Positions 38,494 through 48,191 of a DNA stretch of 64,000 nt are shown here, in pieces; positions within the stretch are counted from its first letter, which is position 1, and the number at the start of each line of letters is the position of its first letter. A model generated the notes under the pieces. The model did not search any database. It worked only from the letters and a program-made list of their open reading frames with translations, and had not been told where the DNA came from. Where the stretch lies: positions 76,456 through 140,455 of the forward strand of contig CAYOFQ010000001.1 of the NCBI GenBank assembly GCA_964403585.1. The letters run 5' to 3'. The DNA is from an uncultured Gammaproteobacteria bacterium. GTDB lineage: Bacteria > Patescibacteriota > Microgenomatia > JALYQM01. Made by a program: the position numbers and the translations under genes.

Positions 38494-39696
38494 ATGAGTG
38501 ATCAATCCAGAGTGATGACAACAGACGAGCATAGCAGAATTTCCGCTGAGCTATACAAGAAAAATCGCGAGCTCATTCAAGCACTTGAACAATCCAAACA
38601 GTTAACCCAATTACTCCAGGAAGAAAAAAATAAGGTCGAAAGCATTCTGGAAAATATTGTCGATAGCGTAATTTTTCTCGGGCATAGCGGTAAAATAATC
38701 ACTATCAACAAGGCCGGAGAGCAAGCTCTTGGCATCAAAAAGGAAGATGTCTTCAAAAAGCCCTTCAGTGAAGTTATAAAGATTTATGAGGGAACTACCG
38801 AGATTCCCTTGAATGCGCTGTTTAAATCTGAGGAAAAAGATAAAACGAATATCAGTAAAGTACTTAGAATCGTCGGTACCCGGGAAATTTACGGTTCAAT
38901 CGGCATAGCATATGTTTTTTACGAAGCGGATCGGAAAAGAACTATTATCACAATTCACGATAAAACCAAGGAACATGAGCTCGAGGATATGAAATTGGAC
39001 TTCGTCTCTATGGCTGCGCACGAATTACGAACGCCGCTCACTTCGATAAGAGGGTACGCCAGCTTAATGAGTGAGGAGATTGAAGAAGAGGGAAAATTGC
39101 CGTTGGAAGACTGGAAAACCTTACTCTCACGCATCGCCGTCAGTTCCGACCAGTTACTGGCCCTTGTCGAGAATATCTTAAATGTAACAAAAATCGAGCG
39201 CGGAGTCCTGTCTTTGGCCTGTAAGGATTTACATTGGAAAGATTGTGTGCACGAAGTTGTCGAAACATTCCTGGATAGAGCCAAAAGCAAAGGGATCACA
39301 CTTCAGTATCCGGAGATCGACGAAAACATATTAGTCTATGCCGACAAGCTACGCATTGAGGAGGTGTTGGCGAATCTTCTTTCCAATGCCATCAATTACA
39401 CACAAAATAACGGTGAAGTCCAAATTTCGGTCAAAATCAGCGACGATCAGGACTGGATTGTAACATCTGTTAAAGATAACGGACCGGGAATTCCTAAAAA
39501 ATCCCAGCACCATTTATTTGAAAAATTCTTCCGGGTTTCAGGTCCGCTAGAGCAGGGATCAAAGGGGAATGGACTCGGATTATATATCTCGAAGTCTATT
39601 GTCCAAATGCACGGCGGTAAAATTTGGGTTGATTCCGATGAAGGAAAAGGCGCTTGTTTCAGTTTCACTGTCCCGAGAGTTGAAACCAAGAAGTAA
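38494..39696 (+). CDS. Sensor histidine kinase (PAS + HisKA + HATPase_c)
   Basis: H-box HELRTPLTSIRGY. N box NLLSNAINYT. G boxes DNGPGIP and GLGLYISKSIVQMHGG. Confidence 0.85.
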   Translation: MSDQSRVMTTDEHSRISAELYKKNRELIQALEQSKQLTQLLQEEKNKVESILENIVDSVIFLGHSGKIITINKAGEQALGIKKEDVFKKPFSEVIKIYEGTTEIPLNALFKSEEKDKTNISKVLRIVGTREIYGSIGIAYVFYEADRKRTIITIHDKTKEHELEDMKLDFVSMAAHELRTPLTSIRGYASLMSEEIEEEGKLPLEDWKTLLSRIAVSSDQLLALVENILNVTKIERGVLSLACKDLHWKDCVHEVVETFLDRAKSKGITLQYPEIDENILVYADKLRIEEVLANLLSNAINYTQNNGEVQISVKISDDQDWIVTSVKDNGPGIPKKSQHHLFEKFFRVSGPLEQGSKGNGLGLYISKSIVQMHGGKIWVDSDEGKGACFSFTVPRVETKK

Positions 39697-39737
39697 TTAT
39701 TGACAATGTAACTCAAAAAAAGAATAATACCCTTAAT

Positions 39738-40127
39738 ATGGATAAACCCAAACGCATTCTATTAGTTGAAGATGAATTCTTCATTCGTGACCTGTATGAA
39801 CGATATCTCAAAAAAAACGGATACGAAATTATTAGTGCGGTTGATGGTCAGGACGGTTTAGATAAAGCACTAAATAATCAGGTTGATCTCATTTTACTGG
39901 ATATCATGATGCCTAAAATGACCGGCATCGAAGTATTGGAGAAAATTAAGGCCGAGTCTTCGCCGGCAAAGGCAACTCCGGTATATCTGTTAACCAATCA
40001 GGTGCAGGAATCAATTATCAAAGAGGCCTTTAAACTTGGTGCTGAAGGATACTTAATTAAAGCACAGTTATTGCCAAAGCAAATTGTTGAAGAAATCGAG
40101 AATATCTTCAAAAACCGCAAGGGCTAA
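39738..40127 (+). CDS. Single-domain response regulator (CheY-like receiver)
   Basis: ILLVEDE...DLILLDIMMPKMTGIEVL...K marks a receiver domain with a phospho-acceptor Asp. There is no output domain. Confidence 0.85.
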   Translation: MDKPKRILLVEDEFFIRDLYERYLKKNGYEIISAVDGQDGLDKALNNQVDLILLDIMMPKMTGIEVLEKIKAESSPAKATPVYLLTNQVQESIIKEAFKLGAEGYLIKAQLLPKQIVEEIENIFKNRKG

Positions 40128-40169
40128 GCCGATCTTTACATCCGAAAATAAATAAACTACGCTTAATTA

Positions 40170-41456
40170 ATGAGCGTTACACTCCGACACACGCTGCTCA
40201 GTCTCTGTGTTCTGGCATTCTTAATAGTAAGATATTATCAGACTATTCCTGCTGAAATCCCGCAACCGACTTCAATTCACGCCGGTGGTCAGATAGTCGG
40301 GCTCCCATATTCTAAAAATACCAGTCAGTTTCTTGAGCTAAAGGTAACGTCTAGTTCAGCAAGCAGTATCCGGGTCGGTGAGCACATAAAACTTGTTACT
40401 GCTACGTATCCGCAATATCAGTATGGAGACATTCTCAATGTCGAGGGCATCTTTAACGAACGGCGAACACTGATATACCCCAAGATACATAAAATAGATT
40501 ACCGTCCTAATTTCTTCTTAAATCTGTTATTCAAATTTAGACATCGTTTCGAAAAGTCTCTTCAATCATACTTGCCCCGCGATGACGCCGCCTTAGCCCA
40601 GGGCATGGTCCTTGGTACCAACCAGGAGTTCTCTGAGGAAATTGAAGCGGCTTTCAAGCGTACCGGTACTATGCACATGATCGTTGTCTCGGGCTTTAAT
40701 ATCACTCTGGTCGCGGGAAGTATCTTACGTCTAGCCGGATTGCTTCACCGCCGCATAGTCATCATCCTTGCAATTGTAGGGAGCTCCGTCTTCGTGTTAC
40801 TTACCGGTGCCCAGCCACCGGCTGTCAGAGCCGGCATCATGGCTGTAATTTTACTTATCGGGCAATTTACCGGGCGACCTGCGCATGCCGTACGCGTGTT
40901 AACTGTCACAATCATCATCATGCTTGCCATACATCCGCAGTTGGTCAATTCGGTTTCCTTTCAGCTTTCCTCGCTTGCCACCATAGGATTACTCTGTATA
41001 GCTCAACCGCTAAGTAAAAAACTAAAGCAGCCTAAATCTTCTGTACTGCGCTATCTACAGGGCGAGCTCGTTGTCACACTCTCCGCTCAGGTAATGGTTG
41101 CGCCGGTACTGATGCATACCTTTGCATCAGTATCACTCATCTCTCCGCCTGCTAATCTGGCAGTGTCCTGGCTAATACCCTACATCATGGTATCAGCATT
41201 GATCCTCTGTCTGGCAGACATGGTAATCCCAATGATAGCCCACGTAATTGCCTTTGAGCTCGGGTCAATTACCGCATTTTTCCTGCAGATAATCAGTATT
41301 TTTTCCGAAGTACCGGGAGGGGATATAAACAATATCAAAATCAACTCTGCGATTATTATAGGTATCTACAGTATTCTAGTCTATTTGATAATAAAAATAT
41401 CCGATCAAAAAATATATTCAAAAGAAGGAGAAAGTGAAGAGGAGGAAAATGAATAA
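40170..41456 (+). CDS. comEC: ComEC/Rec2 competence channel, N-terminal OB + membrane domain
   Basis: The competence domain is GMVLGTNQEFSEEIEAAFKRTGTMHMIVVSGFNITLV, followed by many TM helices. Confidence 0.75.
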   Translation: MSVTLRHTLLSLCVLAFLIVRYYQTIPAEIPQPTSIHAGGQIVGLPYSKNTSQFLELKVTSSSASSIRVGEHIKLVTATYPQYQYGDILNVEGIFNERRTLIYPKIHKIDYRPNFFLNLLFKFRHRFEKSLQSYLPRDDAALAQGMVLGTNQEFSEEIEAAFKRTGTMHMIVVSGFNITLVAGSILRLAGLLHRRIVIILAIVGSSVFVLLTGAQPPAVRAGIMAVILLIGQFTGRPAHAVRVLTVTIIIMLAIHPQLVNSVSFQLSSLATIGLLCIAQPLSKKLKQPKSSVLRYLQGELVVTLSAQVMVAPVLMHTFASVSLISPPANLAVSWLIPYIMVSALILCLADMVIPMIAHVIAFELGSITAFFLQIISIFSEVPGGDINNIKINSAIIIGIYSILVYLIIKISDQKIYSKEGESEEEENE

Positions 41457-42351
41457 AATTACAGTAACAACAATAAGTATGATAATAATAATCTCCGTCG
41501 GAATCAATAGTGCAAAATTCGGCAGGGATCGTAATCTCCATATCGTAATGTGTGACGTTGGACAAGGCGACGGAATTTTCATTACGACCCCACTACATAA
41601 GCAACTCCTTATTGATGGCGGGCCGGACACTAAGATCCAGAAGTGCATTGCTAAGCACTCGGCCTTTTATGACCGGTCACTAACTGCCATATTTATTTCT
41701 CACTTTCATGCCGACCACATCACGGGGTTCATTGAGCTCCTGAATGGTTACTCGGTACAGACGATCTTCAAGAACGAGTTGAATTATGCCACACCCGAAA
41801 AGACCGAGTTCGAAAAACGTGCCTTGGATGAAACAGCAGACATTCAGGAGCTCTGGCAGCTGGACAGTATTGCCATCGAGCCGGAAGTTAATATAACAGT
41901 CCTGTGGCCGCAGGAAAACACCTGGAACCGACAGAACGGCAACTGGGAGGCATATATAGATGACTTAAACGATTCCTCACTGGTATTACTGATGAGATTC
42001 AAAAACCTTGCCATACTTTTTACCGGCGATGCTGGTACGGATGTTCTCGACCGTGTTGCCGAACTGCCTATTTGGGACACTGTCCGTAAGGATGCCAAAA
42101 CAAGAATATATAAAGTAGCCCATCATGGCTCCCGCGACGCAGTGTCTGCTAAGCTGCTTGCTCAGTTTCAGCCGGGAGTCAGCTTAATTTCGGCAGGAAA
42201 TAATAATAAGTTCAACCATCCGCATCGGGAATCCATCGATGCACTTACTAACAGTAACATAGCAATCTATCGAACCGACCGTCAGGGGAGTATCGAGCTT
42301 ACTACTGACGGTGATAAACTCTGGGTTAAAACTGAGCGTCATAATCCCTAA
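41434..42351 (+). CDS. ComEC C-terminal metallo-beta-lactamase domain encoded as a separate ORF
   Basis: MBL motif HFHADHITG with ...D...H. The ORF overlaps the comEC membrane-domain ORF by 23 nt in another frame. Confidence 0.7.
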   Translation: MKRRKMNKITVTTISMIIIISVGINSAKFGRDRNLHIVMCDVGQGDGIFITTPLHKQLLIDGGPDTKIQKCIAKHSAFYDRSLTAIFISHFHADHITGFIELLNGYSVQTIFKNELNYATPEKTEFEKRALDETADIQELWQLDSIAIEPEVNITVLWPQENTWNRQNGNWEAYIDDLNDSSLVLLMRFKNLAILFTGDAGTDVLDRVAELPIWDTVRKDAKTRIYKVAHHGSRDAVSAKLLAQFQPGVSLISAGNNNKFNHPHRESIDALTNSNIAIYRTDRQGSIELTTDGDKLWVKTERHNP

Positions 42352-42394
42352 TCATTGACAATAACCCGCAATCAATGCTATAAATAAACCAATA

Positions 42395-42660
42395 TCTGCC
42401 TGCCATACGAATAGGTATAAAGCCGTGAGTTGGTTAGAAACAACCCACAAGTAAGAGTCGCGCCTTACTGGCTGAGCGCCAAATACGCTACGGAAATATT
42501 CGATCCGTATAAAACGAAGCATCGCCTACGCGGTCACGAGTGCCCTGATGGGAATACTATTAGGGAATCAAGGTGGTACCACGAGTAACTCCCATCCTGT
42601 CAGGAAGAGATCTCGTCCTTGGAAATAACTTTTGTTGTTTTCAATGACGGGATTTTTTAG
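42395..42660 (+). promoter_or_regulatory. T-box leader upstream of argS
   Basis: The conserved T-box sequence aatcaaggtggtaccacg sits at 42566-42583. The leader follows a promoter (ttgaca at 42354, 18-nt spacer, tataaa). Confidence 0.6.
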
Positions 42661-42674
42661 TAAGGTGGTTATAT

Positions 42675-44585
42675 ATGGTAAAGACAGTTATTCAAAAAAA
42701 TCTGGCCGATGCGGTCAAAGAGGTATGGGAAATTGAACTCATCCCAAACGATATCAACGTTGATTTTCCTTCGGCAGAAGGGTTTGGCGACTACACCACT
42801 AATTGCGCTATGGTCATGGTAAAGCTCTTGCCTAAAGAATCCAAGCAACCACCACTTGAAATTGCTAAAAAATTGGCGGAAAAATTAATAGAAAAAGACA
42901 ATCGTCAGATATTCAGCAAGATAGAAGCTGTTGCTCCGGGATTTATAAATCTTACATTGTCGCTATCATATTTGCACAACTATATTCATACACCCGTAGC
43001 AGCCCATCTGGACGTGCTGAAACAAACCTATCATGATGATCGGAAAGTATTGATCGAGTACGTTGGACCCAATACCAATAAGCCCCTGCATATCGGGCAC
43101 TTACGCAACGCTAGTCTCGGGCTGGCTCTTTTGAACCTTAACAAGGCCAGTGGCAAGAATGTTGTTGCCGCCAACATTAACAACGATCGGGGAATCCATA
43201 TTATTAAATCCATGTACGGGTACCTTATGTACGGAAAGAAAGATCAGAACCGTCCACTGGAGGCGTTTAAAGATTACCGTGAAGCACTGAGTGAATGGAA
43301 GGAACATCCTGAACACTGGCAAACGCCGGCTGAGCAGGAACTGAAGCCTGATCATTTTGTCGGATATTATTACATTCTTGGCAATACCGACTATGAGATT
43401 GCTGAAAAACAAGTTGAAGAAAGCCAACTGGATAACCCGCAGGCTGCCCATAACCAGATGCAGAATATGCTCGAGGCATGGGAGAATGACGATACGGATA
43501 TCCGGGCACTCTGGAAGCAAAACAATGACTGGTTCTATGAGGGCATGCACGAGACCTTACGAACCTTTAATATCTATTCACCGTCCGATCCTACCAAGTT
43601 CTTTGATATTGAATGGTATGAGAGTCAGATTTACAAAAACGGTAAAGACGCGATTTTGGAAAAAATCGGCAACGGAGTTATTACTGAATGCGAAGACGGA
43701 CATGTTGAAGCCGTACTCGAAAAATATAACCTTCCCAACATCGTTTTACTGAGAAAGAACAAAACATCTCTATATATAGTACAAGATATCGAAATGTTAC
43801 GCCAACGACTCAAAGAGTATCACATGGATCGGGTGCTCTATTTAACAGCCGCGGAACAGAATCTGCGCTTTCAGCAATTGTTTGCCATTTGCGAATCACT
43901 CGGCTTTGGAAAATTGGAACAGATGGCCCACTTAGGCTACGGCATGGTTCGAACGCCGGAAGGGAAGATGTCGTCCCGCAAAGGCACAGTAATCTTGGCT
44001 GACGAATTAATTGCCGAAGTTGAAGAAAAAGCCATCGAAAAAATAAACAGCGAGCATGCCGATTATACACAAGAAGATAAGGAAAAAATTAGCAGACAAG
44101 TGGCTATAGCTGCTATTAAGTACGGTATTCTTAAATACAATGCACTCAGTAATATTATCTTTGATAGCGAGTCAAGCATCGCTTTTGAAGGGGACACCGG
44201 TCCGTATCTGCAATATACCTATGCTCGCACAGCCTCAATCCGAAGAAAATTTAAAGAAAAATTCCCGGGAGTTGAAATCTCTCCGGAGCATATTAATCAG
44301 GTTACTCTCGACCAGCTTGCTCCCGAAGAGCTTGACCTTATGAAATATCTCTTCCGTTTTCCGGAAACCATAGCCAAAGCTGCTCATACCGCCAGCCCAA
44401 ACTATATCTGTGAATATTTATTCAATCTCTGCCAGAAGTTCAATTTTTTCTACACTACCAAGCCAATAATGAACGAAAAAAACACCAGCACTCGAGATTT
44501 CCGATTGCAAATTACACTCAAAACATCTGAGACATTAAAAACAGGGCTGGCACTAATAGGCATAGAAGCACCGGAAAAAATGTAA
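42675..44585 (+). CDS. argS: Arginine--tRNA ligase
   Basis: HIGH motif PNTNKPLHIGHLRNA and a class I ArgRS anticodon-binding C-terminus. Confidence 0.95.
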   Translation: MVKTVIQKNLADAVKEVWEIELIPNDINVDFPSAEGFGDYTTNCAMVMVKLLPKESKQPPLEIAKKLAEKLIEKDNRQIFSKIEAVAPGFINLTLSLSYLHNYIHTPVAAHLDVLKQTYHDDRKVLIEYVGPNTNKPLHIGHLRNASLGLALLNLNKASGKNVVAANINNDRGIHIIKSMYGYLMYGKKDQNRPLEAFKDYREALSEWKEHPEHWQTPAEQELKPDHFVGYYYILGNTDYEIAEKQVEESQLDNPQAAHNQMQNMLEAWENDDTDIRALWKQNNDWFYEGMHETLRTFNIYSPSDPTKFFDIEWYESQIYKNGKDAILEKIGNGVITECEDGHVEAVLEKYNLPNIVLLRKNKTSLYIVQDIEMLRQRLKEYHMDRVLYLTAAEQNLRFQQLFAICESLGFGKLEQMAHLGYGMVRTPEGKMSSRKGTVILADELIAEVEEKAIEKINSEHADYTQEDKEKISRQVAIAAIKYGILKYNALSNIIFDSESSIAFEGDTGPYLQYTYARTASIRRKFKEKFPGVEISPEHINQVTLDQLAPEELDLMKYLFRFPETIAKAAHTASPNYICEYLFNLCQKFNFFYTTKPIMNEKNTSTRDFRLQITLKTSETLKTGLALIGIEAPEKM

Positions 44586-44631
44586 ATGCCTTTCTGATGC
44601 TAATATAAGTCCATTATGGTACAATAGAACA

Positions 44632-45540
44632 ATGAAAAAAAGAACAATTGGCATTGTTCTCCTGGTTATTCTTTTCGTCCCGCTCATCTTAATACTGAGT
44701 AATTGGAGTACAGTCCAGGCTACTATCATCCAACGATTAAAAAATCAGATTAGGCAAGATTTTCTCGCTCAGGATACAGCGGTAAACCGTACTATTAATA
44801 CCCCCCGTACAGAAGATGCCTTCTCTTTTGCCTTAGTCACAGATATCCATAATAATACAAAAGGGCTCACATCCGCAGTCCAAGAGATCAATAGTTCTTC
44901 AGCAGAGTTCACAATTGGTTTGGGAGACTATACCGATGTCGGGACCAAGCAGGAGTTCGACAAAATAAAACAACAGCTCAATAAATTAAATAAACCATAC
45001 TGGTTGCTTCCCGGTGACCACGACCTCTGGAATGGGCGCGACAAAACTGATGATCCTAAAATATATTTCTCGCAAAGCTTTCCTAATTCGCCCCAAAATC
45101 AGGTTAAGCACGGAGTCCAATTTCTGTTCCTCGACAATGCCGATTTGTACCAGGGTGTAAACACCGATGATTTAGCAGAATTTAAAGAAGTATTGCTAAA
45201 TTCTCAATCCTCAACCACCCTGGTTTTTTCGCATAAAGCAATCACACATCCGTTGACCATCCATCGCATGGGGTATATAAACGATACTAAAAACGAGGAA
45301 GTCGCCCAACAGGCTGCCGAGATTCTCGAAGCAATACAAAACAAAAAGAATACCAGAATCATTTTATTCAGTGGCGACCTGCATACATTTAGCAAATACA
45401 CCTTCCCTGGTGATAAATTTGAAGGATACACAATTGGGGCGTTGACGGAAACTAAAAATTTCCAGACACCCCGCTTCGCTATCGTTCACATCGGCAAAGA
45501 TAATAGTGTGACGGTCGAAGATAAGCCAATCAATAAGTAA
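44632..45540 (+). CDS. Calcineurin-like metallophosphoesterase with N-terminal TM
   Basis: Motifs DIHNN, GDYTD and GDHDLW. Confidence 0.75.
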   Translation: MKKRTIGIVLLVILFVPLILILSNWSTVQATIIQRLKNQIRQDFLAQDTAVNRTINTPRTEDAFSFALVTDIHNNTKGLTSAVQEINSSSAEFTIGLGDYTDVGTKQEFDKIKQQLNKLNKPYWLLPGDHDLWNGRDKTDDPKIYFSQSFPNSPQNQVKHGVQFLFLDNADLYQGVNTDDLAEFKEVLLNSQSSTTLVFSHKAITHPLTIHRMGYINDTKNEEVAQQAAEILEAIQNKKNTRIILFSGDLHTFSKYTFPGDKFEGYTIGALTETKNFQTPRFAIVHIGKDNSVTVEDKPINK

Positions 45541-45589
45541 AATCCACCATATTGCCGGGTAAGGGAGAAAAGTTGTATCATCTAAAGAT

Positions 45590-46858
45590 ATGGAATACAA
45601 AAAGACAGTACTAAAAAACGGTTTGAAATTAATCACCATCCCCATGAAGGACCTGAAGTCCGCTACAGTGCTTGTTTTAGTGGGTACCGGTTCCCGTTAC
45701 GAGAACGAAAAAAATAACGGTATCGCTCATTTTCTTGAGCACATGTTCTTTAAAGGAACTGAGAAACGCCCCAATACAACCGACATCAGCGGCGAAATTG
45801 ATTCCTTGGGAGCTGACTACAACGCTTTCACCGGTAAAGAATATACCGGTTACTACATTAAGTCTGCCAGTACTCATTTAAAAACCTCCGTCGATATTCT
45901 TTCCGACATGTTAATTAACTCAAAATTCGACACAGAAGAAATTGAACGCGAAAAAGGAGTTATTTGCGAAGAAATAAACATGTACGAAGATACTCCTATG
46001 CGTCATGTCGGCGACATCTATGAAGCGTTAGCCTACCAGGGGAACCCGCTCGGTTTTGATACCGCCGGCACCAAGGAAGTAGTCCGTTCATTAAACAGAG
46101 ACATCTTTTTGGACTATCTCCATCATTTTTATACACCTAACAATATGGTTGTAGTTATCTCCGGCGATATTGAGCGCTATGATGTCGAGAAACTCGTCAC
46201 CAATTCATTTGGTGAAATGAAAGCCGGGGATAAACCTGACTTTATTAAGTTTTTCGATACCCAGGATCGGCCGTGGATAACTGTCTCTCATAAACGCACC
46301 GACCAGGCGCACTTTTGCCTGGGCGTGCGTTCTTATCAGATCGGACACCCTGACCGCTATGCGACTACAGTATTCAACACGGTGATGGGTGGTAACATGA
46401 GCTCGAGACTTTTTATTGAAGTCCGTGAGCGACGGGGACTGTGTTACTATATTTCCTCAGATAACGAAGCCCATCTGGATACCGGTTCATGGGTTATTCA
46501 GGCCGGCGTCGATGTGAACCGCATTGAAGAAGCTATTAAAGTATCTCTTGAAGAGCTGAATAAAATCCGTAACGAAGAAGTCACGGATAAAGAATTAACC
46601 AAGGCAAAAGAATACCTTAAAGGTAAGCTCGCGCTCGGACTCGAAGATAGTAAGGGCGTTGCCAACCTCTACGGAGCAGGGGAGCTGTTGGAAGATCGTA
46701 TACGCACTCCTGACGAGATTATTGCCGGTATCGATGCGGTCACTAAGGACGATGTTAAACGCATTGCCAACAACCTTATTCGGAAAAATAAGCTCACTTT
46801 TGCCGTTATCGGACCATATGAAGACCAGGCCCGGTTTAATGAAATAATAACCCTGTGA
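45590..46858 (+). CDS. M16 family zinc peptidase (pitrilysin-like)
   Basis: Inverted zinc motif HFLEHMFFKGT...E. Confidence 0.85.
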   Translation: MEYKKTVLKNGLKLITIPMKDLKSATVLVLVGTGSRYENEKNNGIAHFLEHMFFKGTEKRPNTTDISGEIDSLGADYNAFTGKEYTGYYIKSASTHLKTSVDILSDMLINSKFDTEEIEREKGVICEEINMYEDTPMRHVGDIYEALAYQGNPLGFDTAGTKEVVRSLNRDIFLDYLHHFYTPNNMVVVISGDIERYDVEKLVTNSFGEMKAGDKPDFIKFFDTQDRPWITVSHKRTDQAHFCLGVRSYQIGHPDRYATTVFNTVMGGNMSSRLFIEVRERRGLCYYISSDNEAHLDTGSWVIQAGVDVNRIEEAIKVSLEELNKIRNEEVTDKELTKAKEYLKGKLALGLEDSKGVANLYGAGELLEDRIRTPDEIIAGIDAVTKDDVKRIANNLIRKNKLTFAVIGPYEDQARFNEIITL

Positions 46859-46906
46859 CGCCCATTCTTGACGCCTGCGGTATTGGACAAGTATAATCGT
46901 TAGGAT

Positions 46907-47506
46907 ATGTCCAATGTGCTCAAAGAACGTACTCTTATTGTCATAAAACCTGATGCTGTCAAACGTGCCCTGACAGGCACAATTATTAAGAAGTTTGAAG
47001 ACGTCGGATTGAAGCTGGTCGCCTGCAAAATGATCGTAGCCTCAAAGGAACAAGTTGAAGGGCACTATCCGATCAAAGATCCCAACTGGGTACGCATGCT
47101 CGGCGAAAAAACCTTAAAAACTTTTTCCGATCTGAAACTTGATGTAAAATCCAAATTAGGCACCGATGACCCAATGGAACTGGGACACGACGTTGTTAAC
47201 AAGCTGGTTCAGCATTGGTCCGAAGGACCGGTCATTGTTATGATCTGGGAAGGTCCACACGCCATTGAAGTTGCCCGTAAACTGCGGGGTGTCACGACAC
47301 CATTACAAGCCGAACCCGGATCCATTCTGGGTGATCTTTCTTTTGATTCACAACTGATCTCAAATACGTTAGGCAGAGCCATGAAGACGTTTGTCCATGC
47401 CTCCGGCGAAACCAGTGAAGCAGATCGGGAGATTAAGCACTGGTTTGGTGAAGAGGCCACGCTCTACGACTATTACAACCGCACCGATCACTCTGCCATG
47501 TTATAA
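46907..47506 (+). CDS. ndk: Nucleoside diphosphate kinase-like protein 1
   Basis: NDK fold with LIVIKPDAV and the active-site His in TFVHASGE. It is extended relative to the canonical form. Confidence 0.75.
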   Translation: MSNVLKERTLIVIKPDAVKRALTGTIIKKFEDVGLKLVACKMIVASKEQVEGHYPIKDPNWVRMLGEKTLKTFSDLKLDVKSKLGTDDPMELGHDVVNKLVQHWSEGPVIVMIWEGPHAIEVARKLRGVTTPLQAEPGSILGDLSFDSQLISNTLGRAMKTFVHASGETSEADREIKHWFGEEATLYDYYNRTDHSAML

Positions 47507-47537
47507 ACATATTTTACTAAAGAAAGGCCTCCAGGCT

Positions 47538-48161
47538 ATGGAAAAACCGCAAAAAGAAAAAACCTTAATTGTTATCAAGCACGACGGAGTAGCTCGTGGA
47601 ATCATTGGCGAAATTATCCATCGCTATGAAAAAGCCGGCTTAAAAGTTGTCGCCATGAAGATGTTGCACCCTACCAAGGAAATGGCCGATAAACACTACC
47701 AGGCAACCCCGGAAGACCTTGAGAGAATGGGCAATAATACCCTCCGTGATGCCGCCGAAAAAGGCGTCGATGTCAAAATCAAATTCGGTACAGATAATGC
47801 TCAGGAGATTGGCAAGTTTATCAAGAAGTGGTTAATCGACTATCTAAACGAAGGTCCGGTGATCGCTTTTGTACTGGAAGGATATAATGCAATTAAAATT
47901 GGCCGAAAAATAACCGGGGCAACACTTCCTTCTGAAGCACTCCCGGGAACTATCCGTGGTGATTTAACTCACGACAATCCTGAATTGGCCAACTTCTATG
48001 ACCGCCCGATGCGCAATTTGGTACACGCTTCAGGTAAGCCAAGCGAAGCTGAATTTGAAATCAACTTATGGTTCTCTTCCGACGAAGTCTTTTCTTATGA
48101 TCGTGTTGATGAAGAGGCCATGTTCGGTCCAATCAAACCTGTCCAGCCCAAGCAAAATTAA
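47538..48161 (+). CDS. Nucleoside diphosphate kinase-like protein 2 (tandem paralog)
   Basis: Start at the ATG at 47538 (MEKPQKEKTLIVIKHDGV...). Active-site His in NLVHASGK. The ORF-track start at 47391 would overlap the upstream gene. Confidence 0.75.
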   Translation: MEKPQKEKTLIVIKHDGVARGIIGEIIHRYEKAGLKVVAMKMLHPTKEMADKHYQATPEDLERMGNNTLRDAAEKGVDVKIKFGTDNAQEIGKFIKKWLIDYLNEGPVIAFVLEGYNAIKIGRKITGATLPSEALPGTIRGDLTHDNPELANFYDRPMRNLVHASGKPSEAEFEINLWFSSDEVFSYDRVDEEAMFGPIKPVQPKQN

Positions 48162-48191
48162 TATACTTGTAAGGAATAGAGAGAATATCAG

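Noticed and set aside
47391-47537. Upstream ATG start for the second NDK-like gene as given in the ORF track
   Set aside because: It would overlap the first NDK-like gene by 116 nt. The ATG at 47538 starts the conserved NDK fold (MEKPQKEKTLIVIKHDG).
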